From an uncultured Alphaproteobacteria bacterium (GTDB taxonomy: Bacteria; Pseudomonadota; Alphaproteobacteria; HIMB59; GCA-002718135): DNA of 64,000 nt. The notes beneath the pieces were generated by a model. The model worked only from the letters and a program-made list of their open reading frames with translations. It searched no databases and was not told the origin of the DNA. The DNA lies in assembly GCA_902574475.1 (NCBI GenBank), contig CACGNZ010000001.1, forward strand, positions 61,416 through 125,415, written 5' to 3'. A program made the position numbers and the translations under genes. How positions within the stretch are numbered: position 1 is the first letter of the stretch; each line of letters starts with the position of its first letter. Positions 9,769 through 19,811 of this stretch are shown here, in pieces.

Positions 9769-10587
9769 ATGGCAAAAAAAGAGAAATATTTAGTCTCCCC
9801 TGATATTAATAATAAGTCCTTAATTACAAAACTAAATGGTTTTAATGAGAAAGGGAATAAAATAATTTCTAAAGTTATTAATGAAAAAGCTCTTACAATT
9901 TTTCTAAATAATCAAGAGATAGTAACTCTAATGTCTATTAGTGATCATCCAAAATATCTTGCAGTTGGTTATTTATTAAACCAAAATATGCTTAAGAAAA
10001 ATGACATAATTGCAAAAGTTGAAATTGATAAAGATTTAGGTGTGGTTGTTGTACGAACAAAACGTAAAACAAATTATGAAAATAAATTAAGAAAGAAAAT
10101 AACAACTAGTGGTTGTGCAATAGGCACAGTATTTGGAGATATATATGAGGAAATAAAAAAATCAAAGTTAAAATCCAAAAAGAAAATTAAACATAAATGG
10201 ATTTATGAAATTTCAAAAAAAATTACATTAACACCGAGTTTATATTTAGAAACAGGAGCAATACATGGTTGTGCCATAATTCATAATAATAAACCATTAA
10301 TTTATATGGAAGACGTAGGGAGGCATAATGCTGTAGATAAAATTGCTGGTTTTATGTTTTTAAAAAAAATTAGCTCATCAAATAAAATTTTTTACACTAC
10401 AGGGAGATTAACTAGTGAAATGGTTATTAAAACTATAAAAATGGGTATTCCAATATTAATTTCTAGATCTGGTTTCACAGCATGGGGTGTAGAGTTGGCT
10501 AGAGGTTCGAATTTAACACTTATTGGACGAGCAAAAGGAAAAAAATATTTAGCACTGTCTGGGGAACAAAGAATTGACCATAAATAG
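9769..10587 (+). CDS. fdhD: Formate dehydrogenase accessory sulfurtransferase
   Basis: LAVGYLLN, TSGC, TGAIHGCA, EDVGRHNAVDKIAG, TTGRLTSEMVIK. Confidence 0.95.
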   Translation: MAKKEKYLVSPDINNKSLITKLNGFNEKGNKIISKVINEKALTIFLNNQEIVTLMSISDHPKYLAVGYLLNQNMLKKNDIIAKVEIDKDLGVVVVRTKRKTNYENKLRKKITTSGCAIGTVFGDIYEEIKKSKLKSKKKIKHKWIYEISKKITLTPSLYLETGAIHGCAIIHNNKPLIYMEDVGRHNAVDKIAGFMFLKKISSSNKIFYTTGRLTSEMVIKTIKMGIPILISRSGFTAWGVELARGSNLTLIGRAKGKKYLALSGEQRIDHK

Positions 10588-11176
10588 GAAAAAAATTTTG
10601 TTTGCCATACTTGCTGGCGGTCAGTCAAAAAGATTTGGAGGTGGATTTAAAGCTTTTGCTAAAATAAATGGAATTACAATCCTAGACAAAACAATAAACA
10701 AGCTTAAAAAATATAATAATGAAATAATAATAAATGCTAATGACTTAGAAAATTTTAAGAAAATTAATTACCCAATAATTGAAGATAGATTCAAAGGTTT
10801 TCTAGGACCTTTAGCAGGGATTCACACATCTATGTTTTGGGCTAAAGAAAATTACACAAACAAAGAATGGGTTTTTACTGTTCCAAGTGATACCCCATTT
10901 TTACCCAATAATCTTTTAGATAAGTTTTTAGAGGCATATGATGAAAAAATAAAAATATTTATTGCAAGATCAAATAGTAGACATCATCCTGTAATAGCGA
11001 TGTGGCATGTATCGCTAATAACTAGTTTAGAAAATGAGTTAAAATTAAATAATAGTAAGATTATGTATTGGGTTAAAAAACACAAGTATAAGTTTGTTGA
11101 ATTTGACAAAAGCCAGGAAAAGAATTTTTTCAATATTAATACTCAAGAAGAATGGAATACTGCAAAAAATATCTAG
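10574..11176 (+). CDS. mobA: Molybdenum cofactor guanylyltransferase
   Basis: ILAGGQSKRFGG, GPLAGIH, VPSDTPFLP, FFNINT; the exact start is uncertain. Confidence 0.93.
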   Translation: MTINRKKILFAILAGGQSKRFGGGFKAFAKINGITILDKTINKLKKYNNEIIINANDLENFKKINYPIIEDRFKGFLGPLAGIHTSMFWAKENYTNKEWVFTVPSDTPFLPNNLLDKFLEAYDEKIKIFIARSNSRHHPVIAMWHVSLITSLENELKLNNSKIMYWVKKHKYKFVEFDKSQEKNFFNINTQEEWNTAKNI

Positions 11177-11227
11177 GATTAATATAAATATATAAAAAAT
11201 ATTTTTTTTGTATAAAGAATATTTACA

Positions 11228-12322
11228 ATGATAAGATCAGTAAATAAAATATTTCCAGGTATTATCTTTTGTTTTTTAATTGCTTATTCAGGCATATATC
11301 TAAGTGAGTTTATCGGAATAGAAATTTTAAATTTAAAAAAAAGTCCAATATCGCCAATAATGCTGTCAATAATATTTGGTCTTTTGATAGGAAATATATT
11401 TAAAATTAATAATTTTTTATTAGAGGGAATTAAGTTTTCTTTAAAATTCATTCTAAGATTAGGAATAATTTGTCTAGGTATTAGATTAGGACTTCTAGAT
11501 ATTTTTAAAGTTGGAATAGTTGGAATACCTCTAATTGTTGCATGTATTATTATATCAATCTTGGTTGTAAATTATTTATGCAAATTATTAAATGTTTCTT
11601 CCAAAATGGGATCATTAATTGCAGTTGGAACAAGTATTTGTGGAGCATCTGCAATTGTTGCAACTAGTCCTGCAATTAATGCTGATAAAGAGGAAGTTGC
11701 TTATGCTATAGCTAATATTACAATATTCGGAATAATCGCAATGTTCCTTTATCCATTTCTAGCATATTATCTTTTTAGCGGAGATGAGTTAGCGACAGGA
11801 TTATTTCTTGGAACTTCAATACATGAAACAGCTCAAGTTGCTGGTGCTGGATTAATATATGCGGAGCAATTCAATTCACCAAAAACTATGGATATAGCAA
11901 CGATTACAAAATTAGTAAGAAATGTTAGTATGATAATTGTCATTCCTGCAATAAGCTATATGTATCTTAGAAATAATATTGATGAAAATAATAGTAAACC
12001 ATCAATAATATCAATGTTTCCAATTTTCATAATTGGTTTTATTCTAATGGGCCTCATAAGATCAATCGGGGATTATGGAATTCAAAATAATAATTTAGCT
12101 TTTGAACTATTAAATAATAATAATTGGCAATTAATTATTAATCTTATCAAATCTATCGCTGAGTATTCTTTAGCAATAGCTATGGCAGCTGTTGGTATAA
12201 GTACAAATTTAGTTTCTTTAAAAAGCTTAGGCGTAAGACCATTTTATGTTGGTTTTTCTGCTGCTTGTTGCGTTGGAATAGTAAGTTATATCGGAATCAT
12301 AGTACTCAATAATTTTATATAA
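11228..12322 (+). CDS. YeiH family (UPF0324, putative sulfate exporter) membrane protein
   Basis: LRLGIICLG, IAVGTSICGASAIVA, GTSIHETAQVAGA, ITKLVRN; about 10 TM segments. Confidence 0.88.
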   Translation: MIRSVNKIFPGIIFCFLIAYSGIYLSEFIGIEILNLKKSPISPIMLSIIFGLLIGNIFKINNFLLEGIKFSLKFILRLGIICLGIRLGLLDIFKVGIVGIPLIVACIIISILVVNYLCKLLNVSSKMGSLIAVGTSICGASAIVATSPAINADKEEVAYAIANITIFGIIAMFLYPFLAYYLFSGDELATGLFLGTSIHETAQVAGAGLIYAEQFNSPKTMDIATITKLVRNVSMIIVIPAISYMYLRNNIDENNSKPSIISMFPIFIIGFILMGLIRSIGDYGIQNNNLAFELLNNNNWQLIINLIKSIAEYSLAIAMAAVGISTNLVSLKSLGVRPFYVGFSAACCVGIVSYIGIIVLNNFI

Positions 12323-12385
12323 TTTATTAAAATAAATATAATTTGTACTTATCAAGTAATAATTATATAAAATTTATAAAAAGAT

Positions 12386-13300
12386 ATGTCAATTTACCTT
12401 CCAATAGCTGAAATGAATGTCAATATTTTTCTCATTATATTTATCGGAATGAGTATAGGAATTCTTTCAGGAATTTTTGGTGTTGGTGGTGGATTCTTAA
12501 TGACACCACTACTAATTTTTTTAGGAATTCCTCCAGTTGTAGCTGTTGGTTCTGAAGCTCCACACGTTTTAGCAACTTCAGTTTCAGGGTTTATTGCCCA
12601 TTGGAGAAAACGAAGTGTTGATATAAAGATGGGCATATTCCTTCTAATAGGAGGTTTAATTGGCTCTACAGTTGGTGTAAATATTTTCAGTTATCTAAAA
12701 AACTTTGGTCAAATAGATTTAGTTATTCAGTTATTATTTCTTTTCTTTCTAGGTTTTATTGGTTTTAGTATGGCTTTTGAAAGTGCAAGAACCACAATAA
12801 AACAATATAGAGCAAGAAATACTAAAAGAACAAAACTGCATCAACATTCTTGGTTTCACGGACTTCCATTCAAAGTTCGATTTCATAGATCAAAACTTTA
12901 TATAAGTGCTATACCTCCTGTACTTATAGGTTTTGCAGTTGGAGTTATGTCTGCAATGATGGGAGTTGGGGGAGGATTTATAATGATACCTGCAATGGTA
13001 TACATACTTGGAATGCCAACAAGTATAGTTGTTGGAACATCTTTATTTCAAATAATTTTTGTTACGGCTAATGCAACGTTCTTTCAATCATATATTAATT
13101 ATAACGTAGATATTGTTCTGTCTGCACTAATGATATTTGGCGGAGTAATTGGTGCACAAATTGGTGTAATTTTTGGTTCTAAATTAAAAGCAGAATATTT
13201 AAGAGGTATTTTAGCTATATTAGTACTGGGTGTCTGTGGTAAAATATTTACAGATCTAGTTATAAGGCCAAATGATTTATTTTCATTAGTAATTATATGA
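12386..13300 (+). CDS. Sulfite exporter TauE/SafE (TSUP) family protein
   Basis: MSIYLPIAE start, repeated GxxSGxFGVGGGFL / GVGGGFIMIP motifs, VVGTSLFQ. Confidence 0.92.
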   Translation: MSIYLPIAEMNVNIFLIIFIGMSIGILSGIFGVGGGFLMTPLLIFLGIPPVVAVGSEAPHVLATSVSGFIAHWRKRSVDIKMGIFLLIGGLIGSTVGVNIFSYLKNFGQIDLVIQLLFLFFLGFIGFSMAFESARTTIKQYRARNTKRTKLHQHSWFHGLPFKVRFHRSKLYISAIPPVLIGFAVGVMSAMMGVGGGFIMIPAMVYILGMPTSIVVGTSLFQIIFVTANATFFQSYINYNVDIVLSALMIFGGVIGAQIGVIFGSKLKAEYLRGILAILVLGVCGKIFTDLVIRPNDLFSLVII

Positions 13301-13704
13301 TATCAATATTTAATTTTTCAATTAATTTATTGATCATAGTTTGTCTCTTCATATATTTTATTTTTACAAGTATTGATTTTAATTTAAAGAATTTTGAATA
13401 TTTTTTAATCATAATAATTGTTATAAATGGATTTAACAAAATATATATTTGGTCAAATTACATAGTATTTATTAAAAAAGATCTTAATAAAATATTTAAA
13501 AATATACTATTTAATGATTCATTTACAAAACTAAGTATTATTATTTTATCTACTATTATTCCAATTTATATGATTGTGCAAAAAGATGTATTAGTGATTG
13601 ATATATTGATTGAGAAAGTATCTTTTTTATTAGTATCAATTTTTGCAATAATTGGATTTTATTTAGAATTTTATATTTTAAAAGTAACAAAAATAAATGA
13701 TTAA
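13297..13704 (+). CDS. Hypothetical membrane protein (about 4 TM)
   Basis: 135-aa hydrophobic ORF with ATGA overlap to tauE and overlap with the next gene; fills the gap exactly. Confidence 0.65.
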   Translation: MISIFNFSINLLIIVCLFIYFIFTSIDFNLKNFEYFLIIIIVINGFNKIYIWSNYIVFIKKDLNKIFKNILFNDSFTKLSIIILSTIIPIYMIVQKDVLVIDILIEKVSFLLVSIFAIIGFYLEFYILKVTKIND

Positions 13705-14461
13705 AAATTTATCAATAAAATTTTATTTTAATCTAACAATTTTATTGAATGTTATTTTTTTTTATAATTTTATTCATGCTGAAGAAATTTACTTTGACTT
13801 ATCTGAGGATAGTATTGAATTAAAAACAGATTTTAATGGAAAAGAAATTATTATTTTTGGATTACTAAAAAACGATCACGAGACGCTTTTAACAATTAAA
13901 GGGCCACCTTCAAAAGTGAGAATACAAAAAAAAGAGAGATATTTGGGAATATGGGTAAATAATCAGTACGTTACTTATAGCAATATCCCATCCTTATTCT
14001 TTTTATCTTCTTCAAAAGAAATTAATAAAATTTTGCCAGAATCGATATTAATTAATGAGGATCTAAGTTTTGAAAAAATTTTAAATAATAAGACTTTTAA
14101 TCAAAATTTTATTTTTAAAAATGACCAAGAAAATTGGAACGAAAATTTTGTTAGAATTAAAAAAGAACAATCATTTTATAAAGATTTTGAAATGAAAAAG
14201 ATTAAAGATAAATTATTTCAAACAAGCATTTTTTTTCCAACAAATACTATACCGGGGATTTATAATGTTGATATTTACTATATAAGAAATAATACAATAA
14301 TGAGCAATGATCAAAAAAATATAATTATAAAGAAATCTGGTATTGGAAGTCAAATATTTGATTTTGCGAATAAAAATGCAGCTACATATGGTGTTTTTGT
14401 AATTATCTTTTCAATATTTTCAGGTTTTATTGCTGCTGCTTTATTTAGGAGAAGTAAATGA
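13697..14461 (+). CDS. TIGR02186 family transmembrane protein (conserved partner of alphaproteobacterial TauE)
   Basis: TDFNGKEIIIFG, IKGPP..V.I.KKERYLGIWVN, LFQTSIFFPTN..PG.Y, C-terminal TM ending AAALFRR. Confidence 0.85.
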   Translation: MIKNLSIKFYFNLTILLNVIFFYNFIHAEEIYFDLSEDSIELKTDFNGKEIIIFGLLKNDHETLLTIKGPPSKVRIQKKERYLGIWVNNQYVTYSNIPSLFFLSSSKEINKILPESILINEDLSFEKILNNKTFNQNFIFKNDQENWNENFVRIKKEQSFYKDFEMKKIKDKLFQTSIFFPTNTIPGIYNVDIYYIRNNTIMSNDQKNIIIKKSGIGSQIFDFANKNAATYGVFVIIFSIFSGFIAAALFRRSK

Positions 14462-14931
14462 ATGATGAAAGATATATTCTAGTTGTTGCAGATAATTCAG
14501 AAGAAATGAATACTGCTCTTGAGTATGCTTGTGCAAGATCAAAAAAAACAGGAAGAAAAATTATAATTGCAACATTCATAGAGCCTTTGGATGTTCTAAC
14601 AACCAAGGGTGTTACAGATATTATGAAAGAGGAGGCTAGAGAAGAAGCAGAAACAATTCTTAAAAAAGCTGCCTCATTTGTAAAGGAAAGAACAGGTGAC
14701 TATCCTGCTCTATCTTTGAGAGAAGGAGATACTATAGCTGAATTAAAACAATTATTAGATGAGGAAAAAAATATTAATGTTCTTGTTTTAGCTGCCAATA
14801 CCGATCCAAATAGTAAAAATCCTGGTCCAATAATAACCTCTCTAGTGAGTAATGAAATAACAAACCTTAGAATACCTATAATGATTGTGCCTGGAAATTT
14901 ATCATTTGAACATATTGCACAAATAACTTAA
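14458..14931 (+). CDS. Universal stress protein (UspA family)
   Basis: ILVVADNSEEM..ALEYA, LREGD, VLVLAA...PGPII, IPIMIVPGNL. Confidence 0.88.
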   Translation: MNDERYILVVADNSEEMNTALEYACARSKKTGRKIIIATFIEPLDVLTTKGVTDIMKEEAREEAETILKKAASFVKERTGDYPALSLREGDTIAELKQLLDEEKNINVLVLAANTDPNSKNPGPIITSLVSNEITNLRIPIMIVPGNLSFEHIAQIT

Positions 14932-14934
14932 AAA

Positions 14935-15570
14935 ATGTCAAAAGAGATAGCTAAAATATTAGTAGATATAAAGTCTATTAATTTTTCATTTAATAAATAT
15001 TTTACTCTTACATCTGGCTTAGTTAGTCCTGTTTATGTTGATTGTAGAAAAATTATTTCTTTTACAAAAGAAAGAAATTTTATAATTGATAAAGCCGTAG
15101 ATTATTTAATTAAAAATAATATTCAGGCAGAGATTATTGCTGGTGGAGAGACTGCGGGAATACCCTATGCAGCGTTTATTTCCCAAAAATTAGATAAGCA
15201 AATGGTTTATATAAGAAAAAAAACAAAAGGTTTTGGAAAAAACAAACAAATTGAAGGTGAATTTGAAAATAATCAAAAAGCCCTGTTAGTGGAAGATCTA
15301 GCTACTGACGGAGGTAGTAAAATAATTTTTATTAATGCAATGCGTGAAGCTGGATTAGAAGTTAAAGATATATTTGTAATATTTTATTATGATATTTTTA
15401 CTTTTGAGGAGTCAGAATTGTTTAAATTAAATGTAAATATGCACTCACTTTGTACTTGGAAAGACGTAATAGATTATATTGAAAGTGAAAAGATATATTC
15501 TGAAAACGAAATTTCAAATTTAAAAGAATTTTTAGATGATCCAGATAAATGGAGAAACAAATATGCATGA
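14935..15570 (+). CDS. pyrE: Orotate phosphoribosyltransferase
   Basis: FTLTSGLVSPVYVDCRKIIS, AGGETAGIP, YIRKK.KGFG, LLVEDLATDGGSK. Confidence 0.95.
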   Translation: MSKEIAKILVDIKSINFSFNKYFTLTSGLVSPVYVDCRKIISFTKERNFIIDKAVDYLIKNNIQAEIIAGGETAGIPYAAFISQKLDKQMVYIRKKTKGFGKNKQIEGEFENNQKALLVEDLATDGGSKIIFINAMREAGLEVKDIFVIFYYDIFTFEESELFKLNVNMHSLCTWKDVIDYIESEKIYSENEISNLKEFLDDPDKWRNKYA

Positions 15571-15997
15571 AATAGTTGTGGTTAGTGGAGGTTTTGATCC
15601 AATTCACAGTGGTCATATAAAATTAATTAAAGAAGCCGCTAAACATGGTGATGTAGTTGTTTTATTAAATTCTGATTCATGGCTTCAAAAAAAGAAAGGT
15701 AAGGAGTTTCTACCCTTTATAGAAAGAAGTATAATAATGAATGAATTAAAAAATGTTATTGATGTTATAGAATTTGATGATGCTGATAAAACATGCATCG
15801 ATGGTCTTAAAAAAGTAAAAAACAAATATCCTAAATCAATTATTAAATTTGCAAATGGTGGAGATAGGAATGACAATACTACACCAGAGTCAATTTTTTG
15901 CAATGATAACGATATAGAGTTACTATGGGGTATTGGTGGAAATAATAAATCAAACTCCAGTTCGTGGATTTTACAAAAATGGAAAGAAGATAATTAA
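15563..15997 (+). CDS. Cytidylyl/adenylyltransferase-like (HIGH superfamily) protein
   Basis: Start moved to ATG at 15563 (GGAGA upstream). VSGGFDPIHSGH, LNSDSWL..KKG, FANGGDR, KSNSSSWIL. Confidence 0.85.
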   Translation: MHEIVVVSGGFDPIHSGHIKLIKEAAKHGDVVVLLNSDSWLQKKKGKEFLPFIERSIIMNELKNVIDVIEFDDADKTCIDGLKKVKNKYPKSIIKFANGGDRNDNTTPESIFCNDNDIELLWGIGGNNKSNSSSWILQKWKEDN

Positions 15998-16599
15998 GGA
16001 TATAATTTTCTAGTAACCCAACGATCATTTTCCTTACGGAACTCAAGCCTATCGTGTAATCTAAATGGCATATCTTGCCAAAATTCAATTAATATTGGAG
16101 TTACTAAGTAACCATTCCAATGTGAAGGTCTTGGCACATCATTATCTGAAAATTTTTTTTCATACTCTTCTACTCTTTTAGTTAATGTTGATCTATCATC
16201 TAACTCTTCAGACTGCAATGAAGCCCAGGCTCCTATTCTACTTCCTAGTGGTCTTGAATTATAATATTCATCAGCTTCAGCTTTAGAAATTTGTGAAACA
16301 TTACCTTCTATTCTTATTTGTCTTTGAAGTGTTTTCCAATGAAAATTTAAAGCTACACTATCGTTGTTTTGAATAGCCTTACCTTTTTTACTATTTGAGT
16401 TTGTGTAAAAAACAAAACCTTTATCATCATATGATTTAAGTAAAACAATTCTTGAACTGGGTTTGCCATCAGAAGATATGGTAGCGAGGTTCATAGCATT
16501 TGGATCATTGATTTCATTTTTCTTTGCCTCTTCAAACCATTCTTGAAACAGTTCATTTGGTTTTTTATCAGAATTTATTAATTTTTGATTTGATTGCAT
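15994..16599 (-). CDS. pdxH: Pyridoxamine 5'-phosphate oxidase
   Basis: DPNAMNLAT, PSSRIVLLK, FVFYTN..S.KG, RQIRIEG, EFWQ...FRLHDR. Confidence 0.97.
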   Translation of the reverse strand: MQSNQKLINSDKKPNELFQEWFEEAKKNEINDPNAMNLATISSDGKPSSRIVLLKSYDDKGFVFYTNSNSKKGKAIQNNDSVALNFHWKTLQRQIRIEGNVSQISKAEADEYYNSRPLGSRIGAWASLQSEELDDRSTLTKRVEEYEKKFSDNDVPRPSHWNGYLVTPILIEFWQDMPFRLHDRLEFRKENDRWVTRKLYP

Positions 16600-16667
16600 A
16601 TTATAGATATGAATATTTTATTATAAGTATATATATCTATATTTATAAAAAAACACCGATTTACAAT

Positions 16668-17495
16668 ATGTTGATGCAAAATAAAAAAGGTCTAATTATG
16701 GGAGTGGCAAATGACAGATCTATTTCTTGGGGTATTGCGAAAAAATTAGCAGAACAGGGGGCAGAAATTGCACTTACTTATCAAGGAGAAGCTCTTAAGA
16801 AAAGAGTTCAACCACTTGCGGCTGAAATAGGTTCCAACACTATTATTCCTTGTGATGTTTCAGACTCACAAAGTATGAATAATGTTTTTGAAACACTTAA
16901 AAATAAATGGGGTGAATTAGATTTTCTTGTTCATGGAATTGGTTTTTCCAACAAAGATGAATTGAGAGGTAAATATTACAATACATCTTCTGATAATTTT
17001 AAACAAACTATGCATATATCATGTTATTCTTTTACAGAAGCTTGTAGGCTTGCAGAACCTTTAATGAACAATGGTGGATCAATTTTAACTTTAACATATT
17101 ATGGAGCAGAACAAGTTATGCCCCATTATAATGTTATGGGAGTTGCAAAAGCAGCTTTAGAGGCAAGTGTTAGATATTTAGCAGTTGATTTAGGAGAAAA
17201 AAATATAAGAGTTAATGCCATTAGTGCTGGCCCAATTAAAACTTTAGCAGCATCAGGTATAGGTGATTTTAGATTTATTCTAAAATGGAATGAGCTTAAT
17301 GCTCCGCTTAAAAGAAATGTAAATCAGCAAGATGTTGGAAATTCTGCTTTGTATCTCTTAAGTGATCTTGGGAGTGCCGTTACTGGTGAGATACAACATG
17401 TAGATTGTGGCTATCATACTGTAGGAATGGTTGCAGTTGATGAGAGTGAAAGTGTTTCAGAACTATTAGGTGAATTTACAAATTCTAAAAAATGA
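16668..17495 (+). CDS. fabI: Enoyl-ACP reductase
   Basis: Start moved to ATG at 16668 ([24 protein letters not shown]); [27 protein letters not shown]. Confidence 0.97.
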   Translation: MLMQNKKGLIMGVANDRSISWGIAKKLAEQGAEIALTYQGEALKKRVQPLAAEIGSNTIIPCDVSDSQSMNNVFETLKNKWGELDFLVHGIGFSNKDELRGKYYNTSSDNFKQTMHISCYSFTEACRLAEPLMNNGGSILTLTYYGAEQVMPHYNVMGVAKAALEASVRYLAVDLGEKNIRVNAISAGPIKTLAASGIGDFRFILKWNELNAPLKRNVNQQDVGNSALYLLSDLGSAVTGEIQHVDCGYHTVGMVAVDESESVSELLGEFTNSKK

Positions 17496-18562
17496 CTTCT
17501 AATTCAATAGGAAAAATCTTTAATTTTACTACATGGGGAGAAAGCCATGGAAAAGCTATCGGTTGTGTTGTCGATGGAGTTCCATCAAACATAAATTTAA
17601 CTGAAAAAGATATTCAACCCTATTTAGATAAAAGAAAACCTGGTCAGTCGAAATTTACAACTCAAAGAAAAGAAGAGGATAAAGTTGAAATACTATCTGG
17701 AACTTTTGAAGGAAAAACAACAGGTCATCCTATTTCTCTAATTATTTACAATCAAGATCAGAGATCAAAAGATTATGGTGATATAAAAAGTAAATTTAGA
17801 CCAGGTCATGCAGATTACACATATTGGAAAAAATATGGCATAAGAGATTATAGGGGTGGTGGTAGATCTAGCGCTAGAGAAACTGCGATGAGAGTAGCAG
17901 CAGGGGCAATAGCAAGAAAAATTATTAAAAATAAAATTAAAAATCAAGTTGTAATAACAGGTGCATTAATTCAAATAGGTAACCATAAAATTAATTATGA
18001 TAATTGGAATAATAATTTTATTCCAAAAAATAATTTTTGGAGTCCTGATAAAAAAATTATTAAAACATGGGAAAACGAAATACAAACTGCAAGAAAATCT
18101 GGTTCCTCTTTAGGTGCCATAATTGAAATTAGAGTAAAAGGTTTGCCCGCTGGATTAGGAGAGCCTATTTATGAAAAAATAGACTCCGATATAGCTAAGG
18201 CATTGATGTCTATTAATGCTGTTAAGGGTGTAGAAATGGGAAATGGGTTTAGCAGTGTTTATGAAACTGGAATTTCTAATGTTGATGAAATGAGAATTAA
18301 AAATAAAAAACCCTTATTTCTTTCAAATAATAATGGTGGAGTTCTTGGGGGTATTACAACTGGCCAAGAATTAATTACTAGATTTGTAGTAAAACCGACA
18401 AGCTCAATATTATCGCCAAAAAAAACAATTAATACAAAATTAAAAGAAACAACAATATCTACTAAAGGTCGTCATGATCCATGTGTTGGTATAAGAGCTG
18501 TTCCTGTTGGTGAAGCAATGGTTGCCACAACTATAGCTGATCATTGTTTAAGATTTCTTTAA
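17492..18562 (+). CDS. aroC: Chorismate synthase
   Basis: [39 protein letters not shown]. Confidence 0.98.
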   Translation: MTSNSIGKIFNFTTWGESHGKAIGCVVDGVPSNINLTEKDIQPYLDKRKPGQSKFTTQRKEEDKVEILSGTFEGKTTGHPISLIIYNQDQRSKDYGDIKSKFRPGHADYTYWKKYGIRDYRGGGRSSARETAMRVAAGAIARKIIKNKIKNQVVITGALIQIGNHKINYDNWNNNFIPKNNFWSPDKKIIKTWENEIQTARKSGSSLGAIIEIRVKGLPAGLGEPIYEKIDSDIAKALMSINAVKGVEMGNGFSSVYETGISNVDEMRIKNKKPLFLSNNNGGVLGGITTGQELITRFVVKPTSSILSPKKTINTKLKETTISTKGRHDPCVGIRAVPVGEAMVATTIADHCLRFL

Positions 18563-19297
18563 AATACTATAAATCAAAAATTCTTTATTTCCTTTTGGTC
18601 CAGTTATTGGACTTTCGACTAAACCTACAACTTCAGCCTTAATTGTTTTTTTAAACCAATTCGATATATCATTACATACTTGTTCATGAATCAATGGATC
18701 TTTCACAATACCTTTTTTCAAATTTATTTTATTAGTTTCAAATTGTGGCTTAATTAGTGAAATAATATCAGCTTTACTTGATAAAAGCTTCAAGCTAGGT
18801 TCTATAACCTTTGTTAGACTAATGAAACTAACATCACAGACTACCAAATTAATTTTCTCATGAATTATTGAATTATCTAAATATTTAGCGTTAAAATTTT
18901 CTACACTGATAATTTTTTTTTCTTTTTTTAATTTTTCATGAAGTTGATTTGTACCAACATCAATAGAATATATTTTTTTAGCGTTTTTTTTTAAAAGAAC
19001 TTCTGTGAATCCACCAGTTGATGAACCGATATCTAGACAAATTTTATTTTCAATATCAATCTTAAAATGATCAATCGCTTTCAGTAATTTGAATGCACCT
19101 CTTGATACCCATGGAGGATGAAGTTGTTTAATTTTTATTTTTGAGTTTTCATTAAAACTGTTACCACTTTTGGTAATAATTTTGTCGTTTACATAGACTT
19201 GGCCGGCCATAATCATAGATTGGGCTTTTGATTTAGTTGCAGCTAAGTTTCTATCAATTAAAAGCTGATCAAGTCTTATTTTTAGATTTTTACTCAA
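18548..19297 (-). CDS. tlyA: TlyA family rRNA (cytidine-2'-O)-methyltransferase
   Basis: S4 domain [55 protein letters not shown] start. Confidence 0.95.
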   Translation of the reverse strand: MSKNLKIRLDQLLIDRNLAATKSKAQSMIMAGQVYVNDKIITKSGNSFNENSKIKIKQLHPPWVSRGAFKLLKAIDHFKIDIENKICLDIGSSTGGFTEVLLKKNAKKIYSIDVGTNQLHEKLKKEKKIISVENFNAKYLDNSIIHEKINLVVCDVSFISLTKVIEPSLKLLSSKADIISLIKPQFETNKINLKKGIVKDPLIHEQVCNDISNWFKKTIKAEVVGLVESPITGPKGNKEFLIYSILKKS

Positions 19298-19306
19298 ATT
19301 TGAAAA

Positions 19307-19525
19307 TTACTTAAAATCTTCTTTTGTGACTTTATTGTTTTCTTGCTTAATTTTTTTAATTTGGCTTTCAATACTTTTTAACTTTTCCTCACATGCTTTT
19401 TTTAAATTCATTCCCTCTTCGTAAAGTTTTACAGATTCTTCTAAATCAACTTCACCATTTTCTAATTTCTCTACAATAGACTCAAGTTTTTTTAAATTAT
19501 TTTCAAAATTATTATCTTTATTCAT
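19307..19525 (-). CDS. xseB: Exodeoxyribonuclease VII small subunit
   Basis: FENNLKKLESIVEKLENGEVDLEESVKLYEEG..LKKAC...L. Confidence 0.95.
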   Translation of the reverse strand: MNKDNNFENNLKKLESIVEKLENGEVDLEESVKLYEEGMNLKKACEEKLKSIESQIKKIKQENNKVTKEDFK

Positions 19526-19811
19526 TTACTGTATCTATTTTTGTAATATTTGATGTTTGTATATCATATATTAAAGCATAAACTTTATCATTATTTTTTA
19601 TTGTAAATAAAATCCTATTATTATCAACCATATCTATATCTGTAATTTTATGCCCTTTTTCTAAATTTAAATTGTAATCAATTAAATTTGTTTCTAAATT
19701 ACTTTGTTTTTTTGTTGTTTTTATATACAAACCATAAACAAGAGCTAAAAAACAAATAACAATTAACATACCTAAAAATATTACAATAAATTTAAGAATT
19801 TTTTGAGACAT
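19518..19811 (-). CDS. Hypothetical membrane-anchored protein
   Basis: LKFIVIFLGMLIV N-terminal TM plus a small beta-rich domain; resembles the small ORF often found divergent from rluD in alphaproteobacteria; overlaps the xseB start. Confidence 0.7.
   Translation of the reverse strand: MSQKILKFIVIFLGMLIVICFLALVYGLYIKTTKKQSNLETNLIDYNLNLEKGHKITDIDMVDNNRILFTIKNNDKVYALIYDIQTSNITKIDTVNE

Noticed and set aside
16602..16641. Inverted repeat TATAGATAT...ATATCTATA between pdxH and fabI
   Set aside because: Almost pure A/T low-complexity sequence, expected by chance here.
16524..16667. Long N-terminal extension of FabI in the ORF track (likewise 15536, 41916, 57946 and 2671 starts)
   Set aside because: These upstream starts overlap neighbouring genes or add non-homologous sequence; downstream ATGs fit the family N-termini.
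18548..19297. TlyA as a hemolysin or virulence factor
   Set aside because: S4 plus FtsJ-like methyltransferase motifs and a housekeeping context indicate an rRNA methyltransferase.
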